A stretch of 64,000 bases of DNA from Terriglobia bacterium (GTDB lineage: Bacteria > Acidobacteriota > Terriglobia > 20CM-2-55-15), in the NCBI GenBank assembly GCA_963664115.2, contig CAXWPJ010000004.1, positions 96,001 to 160,000 of the forward strand, read 5' to 3'. Positions within the stretch are counted from its first letter, which is position 1. Every line of letters starts with the position of its first letter. The notes beneath the pieces were generated by a model. It ran no database searches. It saw only the letters and a program-made list of their open reading frames with translations, and had not been told where the DNA came from. Below, piece after piece: positions 1 through 10,133 of the stretch. The translations under genes and the position numbers were made by a program.

Positions 1-664
1 CTTTCATCAAGCCGACACGTCGGCTGTCAATCAGACCGCGTGACTCGGGTGTAAGAGCGGCATGAACGGATACGACGTCCGCAATCGCTAAGAGATCATC
101 GAGAGCTTGGAATTCGACGTCCGCTTCCTTAGCGAGGGCGTCAGTCAACCGGGGCCCCCAGGCGAGCACGCGCATTCCCAATAATCGGCACACCCCGGCC
201 ACATGCTGTCCAATCCTTCCGAAGCCGACAATACCGAGCGTCTTGCCGTGCAGCGCCGGTGTCAGAGGGGTCGACCACTCTCCGCTACGCACGGCATGGT
301 CATGCGCAGGTATCTGCCGCATTACCGCGATCATTAACCCGACTGTAAGCTCGACTGCTCCGTAAGAATGTCCTGCTGCCGCTTTTCCTACCACGATGCC
401 GCGCTCGGCGGCCGCGGGGAGATCGATGTGATTCACGTGTGTGCCGGTCTGCGCGATGATCCGGAGATCCGGAAGCTGTTCAAACAGTTCACGCGTAAAA
501 CGCGTACGCTCCCTGTTCGCAACCAGGGCATCGAAACCACTGAGGACAGAGGGCTCACCAAAAGGTCGGGTGAAGATACGCACCTCCACACGTTCGCGCA
601 GCCGGCGAACGCCGTCGGTCACCTCATAGGCCTGATGTATATCGTCGAGTATTGCGACGCGCAT
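1..664 (-). CDS. D-2-hydroxyacid dehydrogenase family protein (3' end runs off the window)
   Basis: Manual translation from ATG at 664: MRVAILDDIHQAY...RERTRFTRELFEQLPDLRIIAQTG...LHGKTLGIVGFGRIG (Rossmann GxGxIG motif). Missing from the ORF track because it is partial. Confidence 0.85.
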   Translation of the reverse strand, partial: MRVAILDDIHQAYEVTDGVRRLRERVEVRIFTRPFGEPSVLSGFDALVANRERTRFTRELFEQLPDLRIIAQTGTHVNHIDLPAAAERGIVVGKAAAGHSYGAVELTVGLMIAVMRQIPAHDHAVRSGEWSTPLTPALHGKTLGIVGFGRIGQHVAGVCRLLGMRVLAWGPRLTDALAKEADVEFQALDDLLAIADVVSVHAALTPESRGLIDSRRVGLMK

Positions 665-674
665 ACGTCCGCGG

Positions 675-1913
675 TCAGAGGAAAAGCAGCCAGCAGAGGA
701 GGGCGCCGACGATAGACATCGACAGACCCCACGCGAGCAGCGAATTGAACATCTGCCGCGTGTCGGTACCGGCAGGCGTAGCGGCTAGAAACAGTGCACC
801 CACTGTCGAGAGCGACGACATATCAACGAGGCTGGCACCCACGTTCATAGACCACGCGATCGGCAGCGGATCAATGTTGCCCACAGTCGCAGTCAGGCCG
901 GGAACCAGGGGCAGAAAGGCAGGCAATACCACGCCGGAAGTACTGCTGTAAACTGATACAACACCTGAGCCGAAAGCCACGATTGGCGCCAGAGTGCCCG
1001 GCGTAGAGATGCCGGCCAACGCATTTGTGAACAGGGCCATACCTTCCGTCCGCTCCAGTATTGACACCAGGACGGTGACGCCCGTCACCATCAGAATCAC
1101 ACCCCAGGGAATCCCTTGAATGGCCTGGCGCTCGTCCACGGTTCGAAGCAGCACCAGTATCACCGCAATCGTCAGACCCGTCATACCGACATGCGAACCG
1201 AAACCGGCCACGGCGATGACGAAAATCCCGATACCCGTCAAGGTAAGCCAGTGTTTCGTTTCCATCTCGCTACTTTCGTGATCCACCACAGCCTCGGTGC
1301 TGCCTTTTCTGAATAGGCGTAGTCCGCCGAACAGAGCAAACCCGGCAAAGGCGACGAGGGCGTGTGCGAACGCGTTGTACCCGTACGTGTACCACTCAAC
1401 ACCGCCCAGACCGATACGTTCCATGACGCCGTTGGCAACAATACCTGTGGGTGCGAACGGCGAAAGTGTTCCCGCCAACGCTCCGTTGCCGGCCATGATG
1501 GCCATGAGAAAGGGTGAGATACCCGCACGGGCAGCGATTGCCATCGCCGGCGGCGCAATCAAGGCAGCGGTCGGCGTACCACCAGGACCTATCGTCGCCA
1601 CGATCATACCGAGGAAAAAGAACATGACCGGCAGCATGCCGGCGTTGCCGCGGCATACGCGCACCGCGCGTGCGGTCATGCGGGTCAAAGTGCCGTTACT
1701 GTTGGCAACACTGAACAGCAGAGTTACCCCGATCAACGTGACCAGCAGGGTTGTCGGATAGCCTTCCAGAACGGTGCCAACCGACATGCCACCGAGGTAG
1801 ACTCCGATCAGCCAGGCCAAGGCCATGGCGAGCACGCCCACGTTGACAGCCGTCGTACAGCTCAACCCAACGGCGAGCACCAGCGCGCCTATCGAAATCC
1901 ATGCCAGATTCAT
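675..1913 (-). CDS. SLC13/CitMHS-like (MatC-type) di/tricarboxylate transporter
   Basis: 412 aa, about 11-12 hydrophobic segments, SPFAPTG and SSTSGVVLP hairpin-type motifs; overlaps the upstream gene by 4 bp. Confidence 0.75.
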   Translation of the reverse strand: MNLAWISIGALVLAVGLSCTTAVNVGVLAMALAWLIGVYLGGMSVGTVLEGYPTTLLVTLIGVTLLFSVANSNGTLTRMTARAVRVCRGNAGMLPVMFFFLGMIVATIGPGGTPTAALIAPPAMAIAARAGISPFLMAIMAGNGALAGTLSPFAPTGIVANGVMERIGLGGVEWYTYGYNAFAHALVAFAGFALFGGLRLFRKGSTEAVVDHESSEMETKHWLTLTGIGIFVIAVAGFGSHVGMTGLTIAVILVLLRTVDERQAIQGIPWGVILMVTGVTVLVSILERTEGMALFTNALAGISTPGTLAPIVAFGSGVVSVYSSTSGVVLPAFLPLVPGLTATVGNIDPLPIAWSMNVGASLVDMSSLSTVGALFLAATPAGTDTRQMFNSLLAWGLSMSIVGALLCWLLFL

Positions 1914-3346
1914 CGCTTCTCAACCGTCGACGACGCACTCTCCGAATCGGGAGTGAGAAGAGCTATGAGCGCGTTGATATTGGAAACGTCTTCGATCGAT
2001 TCCGCAACGCTGAGCGTATCGTGTGCCGCTCGCTCGGTAAGAACCAGTCCGGCACATTCAGAAAATTTTTCGTGCAAATCTTCGCGCGTAAAAGGCATGT
2101 CGGGTCCGCCCCTGTACTGTTGGGCCGCTTCCTGCACCAGATGGGTCCCGTCTTCCAGATCCACCTCGACGGTGCTCCGGATCTTCTCGAATCCCAAGGC
2201 TTCGATGTCCGGATCGAGGATTGTTCGAACCCGGGCCATCATCTCCTGAACCTCAGCGCTCTGGACGAAGGCGTCAGTAAATTCATGGACTCCGGCCCTG
2301 CGTCGTAGCGCAATACTCGAAAGCATGAAGGCCGGGCAGAACTTTGCTTCCAGTTCCGTATGTGCGATCGGGTACCGGAGTGGGTTCAGGATATTCGAAC
2401 CGGCGCGAAGACGGATGGCGCGGATATTTTCGGGCTTTACGTCGTTGTCGATGACAAGCTTCCGCATGGCATCCATGCTGGGATGTCCAAGCACACCGCA
2501 GGGGTACGGTTTGATGGAAACGCCCGGAGTCACGATCGTGTACGGGTTGCCAAGGGCGCCGACAATCCGCTCAGGATCAAAGCCTGCACCGAAGCTGAAG
2601 ATCTGGAAAAACCCCCAAGGACCGTCCAGACCATCGTCGCCGCCGGTGAACCCCTTCAAAGCCAATTCTGCTGCCGTAACACCGTTCTGGGCCGCGCGGC
2701 CAACATGAAGCGGCTTCGTCATCGTTCCAAAGTTGACGCGGATTCCGGCGGACAAGCTGGCCACGATCGCCAGCGCATGAGACGTCGCGGTCGCATCGAG
2801 GCCGAGCAATTTCGCGGCAGTTGCCATCGCACCGAAAGCGCCAATCGTACCGGAGGAATGAAATCCTTTCTTGTAATGACCCGGATCGATGGCTTCAGCG
2901 ATCTTGCACTCCACTTCGAACCCAACCAGGAAGGCCTCAAGGAACCGCGCCCCGGACACCCCATCCCGTTCGCCCAGCGCCAGCGCGGCAGCCAGAGGAG
3001 GAATCGTCGGATGGGTCATCAATCCGAAAATTCGGTCGGCACTCGTCGACAACTGCGTGTCGTCCCAATCTAGTGCGTGTCCGCTGGCGCCGTTGGCCAG
3101 GGCCGCCGATGCCGCGTTCGTCTGAAATGGTGCCGCACCCAGCACCGTGGATTGGCCTGTGCCTTCGCAACCGTGGATGTAGTCGCAAATGATCCCGCTG
3201 CCGCGAGTGGTCGAACCCGCCAGCATCACTCCGAGTCCGTCAATAATGCAGCGCTTCGCCAGATGGAGGGCTTCATCCGGAAAATCGAAACTGTCCTGGG
3301 TGATGAACCCGACCACGTCCCCGCTTGCACAAATCTTTTCTTTCAT
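1910..3346 (-). CDS. MmgE/PrpD family protein
   Basis: ALANG..GHALDWDD, HP, GFH.SGT.G, TMTKPLH.G.AA..G, KPYPC, EAKF motifs. Confidence 0.9.
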   Translation of the reverse strand: MKEKICASGDVVGFITQDSFDFPDEALHLAKRCIIDGLGVMLAGSTTRGSGIICDYIHGCEGTGQSTVLGAAPFQTNAASAALANGASGHALDWDDTQLSTSADRIFGLMTHPTIPPLAAALALGERDGVSGARFLEAFLVGFEVECKIAEAIDPGHYKKGFHSSGTIGAFGAMATAAKLLGLDATATSHALAIVASLSAGIRVNFGTMTKPLHVGRAAQNGVTAAELALKGFTGGDDGLDGPWGFFQIFSFGAGFDPERIVGALGNPYTIVTPGVSIKPYPCGVLGHPSMDAMRKLVIDNDVKPENIRAIRLRAGSNILNPLRYPIAHTELEAKFCPAFMLSSIALRRRAGVHEFTDAFVQSAEVQEMMARVRTILDPDIEALGFEKIRSTVEVDLEDGTHLVQEAAQQYRGGPDMPFTREDLHEKFSECAGLVLTERAAHDTLSVAESIEDVSNINALIALLTPDSESASSTVEKR

Positions 3347-3438
3347 GGAGTTCTTAACAAAAAAGACAGGACTGCGGACTTTAATTGAGAAAGATACGGC
3401 CTGTACACCCCCAGCGCCCGAATTGACGGGATCTGAGG

Positions 3439-3987
3439 TCAGGCTTCGTGCATCTTGCGCATTGCAGCTGTGAACCGGTCACTCTCTCCGCGCGGAATAC
3501 TCAGCGACTGCCACTGACCCGAGCATAGGTGCTTCGCGAGGAACACAATCTGCCCAACGTGATAGGCGTAGTGCGTAAACTGCCGATTGATCGCGGAGGT
3601 CACCGACATGGATTCCCCTCGGAGCACGACGGATTTATTCATGTCGTCTTCAGTCAGACGTTCAAGCACTTCAAAAGTACGCCCCCACCCGCCCTCCCAC
3701 CTTTCCAACAGCGCGGGTTTCGTATCCCCGTCGCCGATCTCAAACTCCGCATCGCGGTTGCGTTTAGATGATTCGCTCTCACCTTCCTGGGGAAATCCGT
3801 CCCAGCGCGTCTGCATGTTTCCGGCCAGATGCTTCAGAAGCAGAGCGATGCTGTTGGATTCCGCATCCAGCGTTGTGAACAAGTCCGCGTCACTGACCTG
3901 ATCCAATGCCGCCTCTGCCAGGGCTTTCATCTTGCCCATACGGTCCCGGACGTCAGTCAGATATTCACTTGTAAAGGAGTTCTGCAT
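3439..3987 (-). CDS. DUF1572 / DinB-superfamily protein
   Basis: SNSIA.L.KHLAGN...RW, RNRDAEF, RQ..HY.YHVGQIV motifs; ATG at 3987 (alternative TTG at 3996). Confidence 0.85.
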   Translation of the reverse strand: MQNSFTSEYLTDVRDRMGKMKALAEAALDQVSDADLFTTLDAESNSIALLLKHLAGNMQTRWDGFPQEGESESSKRNRDAEFEIGDGDTKPALLERWEGGWGRTFEVLERLTEDDMNKSVVLRGESMSVTSAINRQFTHYAYHVGQIVFLAKHLCSGQWQSLSIPRGESDRFTAAMRKMHEA

Positions 3988-4156
3988 TTTCTTCAATCAT
4001 CAGCGACATTACCACTATCTGGGAGGGCCCAGCGTCACAATCACCTTCCGGCTCTGAAGTGTACCTCCTTCTGGGTGGTTTTTTAATTTGCGCATGGAGA
4101 TCAAACGGGTATGCTGAGGCCGAATTGATATCTCCAGTTTACGGGAGGAAACTTTT

Positions 4157-5113
4157 GTGAAAGCCAAACACCTTTCATTGCCGCTTACGATACTCGTTCT
4201 ATTGACCGGAACGGCTCAAGCCAGCGAGACCGTTCAAAGTGCGGATCAGCAGTTCGACCTTCGAGTCCTGACTGACGTCGGCGCCAATGAAATCCAGCAA
4301 TTAGCTCGGCAGGCCGGGAGGGGTGACATCGTGTCGCAGCGTATGCTCGGGTTGCTTTACCTCACAGGAGACGATCCCAGGGACCCCAGGAGGACTGAGT
4401 TAGTTGGGGTTGATACCGAAGAAGCCGCAATATGGTTTTTGATGGCGGCCGAACAGGGTGACTTGCTTTCGCAGCTGAGACTGGGTCTCCTGTACCACGA
4501 CGGGAACGGCGTGCCTCGTGATTATGCCGAAGCCGCCAGGTGGCTGCGTGCCCCGGCTGAATCGGGTGATGTGGACGCACAGACTTTTATGGGAAGCGTT
4601 TTCACGCGGAGCAGTGCTGACTGGGAACTGGATTACGAAGAGGCCGCCAAGTGGTTCGGCCTGGCCGCGGACCAGGGCAGCCTGGGCGCGATACTGACCC
4701 TCGCAGGTCTCTATCACAACGGCCTCGGTATCGAGTTGGACTTTGAAAAGGCGATGGAACTGTACCGCCAGGGATCCGACAATGCGACAGCTCAGTTCAA
4801 TATTGGCACGATGTATCGACGGGGCGAAGGCGTCTCCGTGGATCTGGACGACGCTGCCGAGTGGATTGAAAGGGCGGCCGAACAGGGGCATACCGCGGCC
4901 CAGTATGAACTGGGAACAATGTACTTCGCGGGCGAGGGTGTGAGGCAGGACAACGTCCGGGCTCACATGTGGGTCGATCTCGCCGCGGGGTCCTCGGGAG
5001 GCGCCGAGCGAACGAGCCGCATCGAGATGCGGGATACCATCGCAGCCGAAATGTCGCCCGACGAGATTGCGGAAGCCGCTGAGCGCCGGGCCGAATGGCA
5101 GCCCGGCCGCTAA
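4157..5113 (+). CDS. Secreted Sel1-like repeat protein
   Basis: Signal peptide; repeated AQ..LG.MY..G.GV..D...A..W...AA.QG units; GGAGG RBS upstream. Confidence 0.9.
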   Translation: MKAKHLSLPLTILVLLTGTAQASETVQSADQQFDLRVLTDVGANEIQQLARQAGRGDIVSQRMLGLLYLTGDDPRDPRRTELVGVDTEEAAIWFLMAAEQGDLLSQLRLGLLYHDGNGVPRDYAEAARWLRAPAESGDVDAQTFMGSVFTRSSADWELDYEEAAKWFGLAADQGSLGAILTLAGLYHNGLGIELDFEKAMELYRQGSDNATAQFNIGTMYRRGEGVSVDLDDAAEWIERAAEQGHTAAQYELGTMYFAGEGVRQDNVRAHMWVDLAAGSSGGAERTSRIEMRDTIAAEMSPDEIAEAAERRAEWQPGR

Positions 5114-5114
5114 A

Positions 5115-5165
5115 AGGGGACGGACACTTCAGAATCGGTCCCCGATTGTGAAGTGTCCGTCCCCT
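5115..5165. repeat. 51-nt palindromic REP-like hairpin
   Basis: AGGGGACGGACACTTCA (5115-5131) and TGAAGTGTCCGTCCCCT (5149-5165) are perfect 17-bp arms, with an inner AATCGG/CCGATT stem. Confidence 0.75.
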
Positions 5166-5180
5166 CCCGGGAGGTATGAC

Positions 5181-5918
5181 ATGAAGTCGTCCCATTGTTT
5201 GATCATTGTGATGTGTGTCGCGGTTGCCGGCCTCGCCGCGTGCACGGTCGAAAGCACGCCAGCAACCTCAGTTGCTGAACCGGTCAGCGCAGGGGTGAAC
5301 CTGACCGCACAGGAGCCGGTGATGCTGCCGGCCGACATCATCGAAGATTCCATGGCGCGGCTGCCCACCCTCGATCGTGCACGTGATCTCGATGCATACG
5401 GACAACGCGTCTTCGACATCATCGTCAATCCTGAAAGCCGGTACGCCGATGGCCTCCGGGGACCCGTCGGCATGTGGATGTACTCGCCACAGATGGCCGA
5501 GCACATTTTCCCCGCGAGCACATACCTGAGGTTTGGCACGCAATTCGACCAACGCCTCACCGAACTTGCGATTCTCACGACGGCCCGGGAAGTTAATAGC
5601 CAGTACGTATGGACGCAGCATGAGGGCAACGCCACAGAGGCGGGTCTCGATGACGAGATCATCGAAATCGTGAAACACCGCCGGAGTCCAGCCGGAGTGG
5701 GCGATGCGGAAACCACAATCATCGAATTTGGCCGCCAGGTGCTTGGTAGTGAGAAACTGAGTGCGGAGACATTTGCGAATGCACTGGAGTTGTTCGGCGA
5801 GCAGGGTGTGATGAATCTTGCCGGCCTGATGGGGTACTACAGCTTCGTGGCCATCACGGTCAAAACATTCGACGTGCAACTGGCTCTGGATCAAGAGCGT
5901 TTGCTACCGATGCCGTAG
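5181..5918 (+). CDS. Carboxymuconolactone decarboxylase (AhpD-like) family protein, probable lipoprotein
   Basis: ELAIL.TARE....YVW.QH motif; lipobox LAAC; GGAGG RBS at about 5170. Confidence 0.75.
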   Translation: MKSSHCLIIVMCVAVAGLAACTVESTPATSVAEPVSAGVNLTAQEPVMLPADIIEDSMARLPTLDRARDLDAYGQRVFDIIVNPESRYADGLRGPVGMWMYSPQMAEHIFPASTYLRFGTQFDQRLTELAILTTAREVNSQYVWTQHEGNATEAGLDDEIIEIVKHRRSPAGVGDAETTIIEFGRQVLGSEKLSAETFANALELFGEQGVMNLAGLMGYYSFVAITVKTFDVQLALDQERLLPMP

Positions 5919-6018
5919 GCCCAAAACCCTGCAATCCTTTCTCAAGTCCTATAACTCCGCTTGTCGCGTACTGCAGCCCGTGGTCAGTATCGGCCACGGG
6001 CTACTCTGATCATCGGTA

Positions 6019-6594
6019 ATGCTAAATCTCAAATCAGCATCGTCGACTCGCTGGCTCGAGCAGGTCGAATCCCACCTTGACGCAGTGCTAATCGACCACG
6101 CTCACTGCGAGAAGAAAGCGGCCGGCAACGCGATGAACCTGATTTTTGCCTACGTGGTCAACGAAGAACTCTGCCGCGAGATGACGGTGATCGTCAACGA
6201 AGAGCTCGAACATTTTCACATGGTCCTGGAGCTTCTAAAGCAACGCGGGATTCCGCTGCGTCGCAACAAGCCGACCGAGTACGGGCGGAAGCTGAACGCT
6301 CTTGTCCGCAAGTCAGAACCCGAGCGCGCAATCGATCGCTTGCTCGTTCCAGCCTTGATCGAAGCGCGATCTTGTGAACGCTTCAGCCTGCTCGGTGAGA
6401 ACCTCAAGGATAGAACTCTGGCTAAGTTCTACGACAGCCTCTTTGAATCCGAAGCCCGCCACCATAGCGTCTATGTGCGGCTCGCCAATATGTATGGCTC
6501 TGAAGACGCGGTTCGCCAACGTCTCGATGTTTTAGCTGTTGAAGAGGCGAAAATCATCGATACCGGCGATGTTTTGCCGCGCATGCATAGCTAA
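6019..6594 (+). CDS. miaE: tRNA-(ms2io6A)-hydroxylase
   Basis: DHAHCEKKAA, EEL.HF, IEARSCERF, SEARH di-iron motifs. Confidence 0.92.
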   Translation: MLNLKSASSTRWLEQVESHLDAVLIDHAHCEKKAAGNAMNLIFAYVVNEELCREMTVIVNEELEHFHMVLELLKQRGIPLRRNKPTEYGRKLNALVRKSEPERAIDRLLVPALIEARSCERFSLLGENLKDRTLAKFYDSLFESEARHHSVYVRLANMYGSEDAVRQRLDVLAVEEAKIIDTGDVLPRMHS

Positions 6595-6769
6595 AGAAAT
6601 CAAACCAAGGTGGTTGCTCGTTCCGCGGATTTCCGTTTATGGTTTCTCGATCGACGAGATATCATGCCAGCTCAACCGGCCGATGCAATACCAGCGTTCA
6701 GTCGTTCTGCTGGAGGTTCAAGCGCCAGCGTCTGACAGGGTCGTCCACGCCCGGTTGAGGAGACTGGCT

Positions 6770-7162
6770 ATGAACACAGCACGCGCGTTAACTCTTTTTG
6801 CTACGGCCACCCTGTTGCTGGCTGTTTGTGTCGATACGGCGTCAGCCCACCATTCCACTACGATTTATGATTCCGACAATCCTATTGAGCTCAGTGGCAC
6901 GGTGGTTGAATGGAGGTTCATCAATCCTCATTGCATCATCATGCTTGAAGTGACCGACGAGAGCGGAGACACCTCGATCTGGATTCTGGAAGGTAGCAAC
7001 ACCAGCGTCCTGTTTCGCCGCGGCTGGACACCGATGACACTACAGTCGGAGGATAAAATCATTGTTAGAGTCCGACCGCTACGTAGCGGCGTCCCCGGCG
7101 GCAACTACAGTGATCCTCGTTGGGAAGATGGTACGCCTGTCGATCCAAGCGCTGATGACTAA
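6770..7162 (+). CDS. DUF6152 family secreted protein (copy 1)
   Basis: Signal peptide ending ASA-HHS; W.FINPH; W.LEG; L.RRGW. Confidence 0.8.
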   Translation: MNTARALTLFATATLLLAVCVDTASAHHSTTIYDSDNPIELSGTVVEWRFINPHCIIMLEVTDESGDTSIWILEGSNTSVLFRRGWTPMTLQSEDKIIVRVRPLRSGVPGGNYSDPRWEDGTPVDPSADD

Positions 7163-7208
7163 GTGGGTGATAAGCATGTTTATGCTGACAGAGGGCGGAA
7201 TCAACAAC

Positions 7209-8042
7209 ATGAGTAGGCTCTTGATCGTGATCATCTTCGCTATGGTGACTGCTATCTCATGTGCACAACAGGAAAGTACATCGGGCACGGCTGCTTTCGC
7301 CACATATCCTGACTGGGGAGGACAATGGCAACGCATCGGCAGTCTGAACTGGCCCCCGGAAGGATACACGGAAGCGGGGCCTGCGCCCTTGACCGAGGAA
7401 TACCAGGCAATCTACGAAGAGAACCTGGAGCTGCGCAGCAATGGCGTTCTGGCCGGTGATCCACCTGCGACGTGCCTGCCGCCAGGTATGCCCAGGGTAA
7501 TGAAAATGAGTTTCCCGATGGAGATTATTGTCACTCCTGACATGACCCACATCATTGCCGACTGGGAGAGTCAGGTACGTCGCATTTACACAGATGGGCG
7601 CGCCTGGCCCGACTATATATTGCCGGAATTCAACGGGTATTCGATTGGCGAGTGGCACGATGAAGATATTGATGGTGTCTATGACATGCTTTCAATCGAA
7701 ACGCGTGGCATCAAAGGACCCCGTTCCATTGATTCCACAGGCGTGGTTCTGCACGAAAATAACCAGACGGTGGTGCTGGAAGAGATCCGCCGCGTTGATG
7801 AGAACACGATGGAAGACAGAGTGACCACAATCGACGATGCCTTTACCGGACCCTGGACGATCAATCAGCACTACAGCCACGTCACCGAAGACATCGTCTG
7901 GGTCGAGTACGTCTGCGCCGAAGGCAATCGCCACATAAAACTCGGTGATGAGTGGTACTTTCTGAATGATGCCGAAGGAATTCTGGAGCCAACCCGCGCA
8001 GGTCAAGCTCGGCTCGTTCCGGAAACTCAGGTCAATCAATAA
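7209..8042 (+). CDS. Conserved secreted/lipoprotein hypothetical, DUF6152-partner family
   Basis: Lipobox-like ISC; CLPPGMPR, RRIYTDGR, GYSIG.W, EYVC motifs shared with the other partner copies. Confidence 0.7.
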   Translation: MSRLLIVIIFAMVTAISCAQQESTSGTAAFATYPDWGGQWQRIGSLNWPPEGYTEAGPAPLTEEYQAIYEENLELRSNGVLAGDPPATCLPPGMPRVMKMSFPMEIIVTPDMTHIIADWESQVRRIYTDGRAWPDYILPEFNGYSIGEWHDEDIDGVYDMLSIETRGIKGPRSIDSTGVVLHENNQTVVLEEIRRVDENTMEDRVTTIDDAFTGPWTINQHYSHVTEDIVWVEYVCAEGNRHIKLGDEWYFLNDAEGILEPTRAGQARLVPETQVNQ

Positions 8043-8297
8043 TCCACACTTGCCGGTGGCGTGAAGCACGTCGCCCGTCCCTGGCCGAGGCTGGAACCCA
8101 TTCTCGAGACCCGAAAAATCCCTCTTGTCGGAAGTTAAAAAACCCCAGAGGTAAAAAAGTCCAGGATTCAAACGACAATTCGCTACCCGCAGGGCAGGCG
8201 CAAGGGAGTTTGCAGTCAGAGAACTGAAGGCAAGCAGCCTTTCCGTTCCAATAGCTTGTTCGAATCGAGTGCAAACCCTTCATGCACACGCATCCGC

Positions 8298-10133
8298 CTA
8301 TCCCCGCCGACCCGCTGGCGTCGGTTCTTCCTGCTCGGGCGTGAAGTCCTCGCCGGGATTGATGAACTGGTTCGTTTCGAACTGATACTGCCTGTCGTGC
8401 AGCTCTCTATATCGACCGTTGAGTGCCATGAGCTTGTCGTGACTGCCGCGCTCGACAATCTCCCCGCCCTCCAACACCAATATCTGATCAGCACTGCGAA
8501 TCGTTGACAATCTGTGAGCGATGACGAAGCTTGTGCGGCCCCGTCGCAGTGCCCGCAGACCGTCCTGGATCATCGCTTCGCTCTCTGAATCGAGACTGGA
8601 TGTGGCTTCGTCGAGAATGAGAATGCGGGGATCGGCTAGAACCGCTCGGGCGATGGCGACCCGCTGCCGCTGGCCACCGGAGAGCTTTACGCCTCGTTCG
8701 CCGACGATCGTATTGTAGCCGTTCTCAAAACGGTCGATGAACTCCGCACAATGGGCGATGCGGCAAGCGCTAACGACTTCTTCCTTGTTCGCCGACGGAT
8801 TTGCGAAAGCAACGTTCTCGCCTATCGTTCCATCGAACAGGAAGTTATCCTGAAAAACCGCGCCAAGGAGTGTGCGGTACTCACGCAACTTAAGGCCCGA
8901 TAGATCCCTGCCGTCGATCATCACGTGGCCTTCCTGTGGCTGATTGAAGTTCAGCACAAGGCTGATGAGCGTGCTCTTTCCAGAGCCACTCGAACCCACC
9001 AGGGCAGTCGTCGATCCAGCCGGAGCGACAAAGGACACGTTCTTGAGGACGGGCACGCCCTCTTCATACTCGAACCACACGCCCTGGAACTCTATGTCGC
9101 CTCTCAGCTCACCCAATGGAGAGCGTTCGGCGTCTTCGTCGTCCTCGGTCCGCATCGCCATGATTTCCTGGATGCGGTCCAGCCCGGCGAACGCTTCGGT
9201 GATCTGCGTCCCAATGTTGGCCAACTGCACCACGGGCATCGCCATGGTGCCCGTGAAAGCGACGTACATGATCAGGTCGCCCAACGTCATGTCGCCGCGC
9301 ACAACGGCTTGTCCTCCAACTATAAAGATCACCAGGCCGATCGTGCCTATAACAGCGGAGGAAAACGCCATCACAAATGACGTGCCGGTCAGCGACTTGG
9401 CGATGTTCCGGAATAGCTTGTGAACATGCCGGGCAAACACCAGATCCTCGCGCCGTTCTGCCGTGTACGTTTTGATGACCCGAACGCCCGCCAAGGACTC
9501 CGACAACCGCCCCGTAACATCCGCCATCAACTGGCCCCGCATCCGAAACAGGGGACGCAAGCGCTTGAAAGTGACCGCCAGCACTGCGCCGAATAGCCCC
9601 AACACCGCCATGGTGATCAACGTGAGATGCCAATTCAGATAGAACAACACCCCTAATGCCAGCACGGCCGTCAGAACGCCACCCGTCAGTTGCACAAGCC
9701 CCGTACCGACCAGATTGCGGATACCCTCGGCGTCGGTCATGATTCGTGAAATCATCTCGCCCGTTTTCATGGAGTCGAAGTAACCGACAGGCAACCGGCT
9801 GATACGTTCGAACAGGCGTTTGCGCATCTCGGTGATCGCCCGCTGCGCGGCCACACCCATAATTTGCGATAACGCGAACGTCGTAATCGCTTGCAAAAAG
9901 ATGGCGCAAGCGACGGCAAAGGCCACCCTCACCAGCAGTTCGGTCCGTCCGTTGCCGATCACCTCGTCAATGACGTACTTGGTCGATGCCGGCATGACCA
10001 GACCCAGCATCCTGTTGATCAGCATGAGGCCCAAACCAAGCATCAGTCGGTGCCTGTGCCGGTGTACCAGCACCTTGGCTTCGATCATCGCGTTGGAGTA
10101 TTTAACCTTTTGTTTCGGCTTCTCTTCGCTCAT
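8298..10133 (-). CDS. ABC exporter, fused permease/ATPase (MsbA/MdlB-like)
   Basis: 6-TM N-terminal domain; GSSGSGKST Walker A; LSGGQRQR; LILDEATS. Confidence 0.92.
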   Translation of the reverse strand: MSEEKPKQKVKYSNAMIEAKVLVHRHRHRLMLGLGLMLINRMLGLVMPASTKYVIDEVIGNGRTELLVRVAFAVACAIFLQAITTFALSQIMGVAAQRAITEMRKRLFERISRLPVGYFDSMKTGEMISRIMTDAEGIRNLVGTGLVQLTGGVLTAVLALGVLFYLNWHLTLITMAVLGLFGAVLAVTFKRLRPLFRMRGQLMADVTGRLSESLAGVRVIKTYTAERREDLVFARHVHKLFRNIAKSLTGTSFVMAFSSAVIGTIGLVIFIVGGQAVVRGDMTLGDLIMYVAFTGTMAMPVVQLANIGTQITEAFAGLDRIQEIMAMRTEDDEDAERSPLGELRGDIEFQGVWFEYEEGVPVLKNVSFVAPAGSTTALVGSSGSGKSTLISLVLNFNQPQEGHVMIDGRDLSGLKLREYRTLLGAVFQDNFLFDGTIGENVAFANPSANKEEVVSACRIAHCAEFIDRFENGYNTIVGERGVKLSGGQRQRVAIARAVLADPRILILDEATSSLDSESEAMIQDGLRALRRGRTSFVIAHRLSTIRSADQILVLEGGEIVERGSHDKLMALNGRYRELHDRQYQFETNQFINPGEDFTPEQEEPTPAGRRG

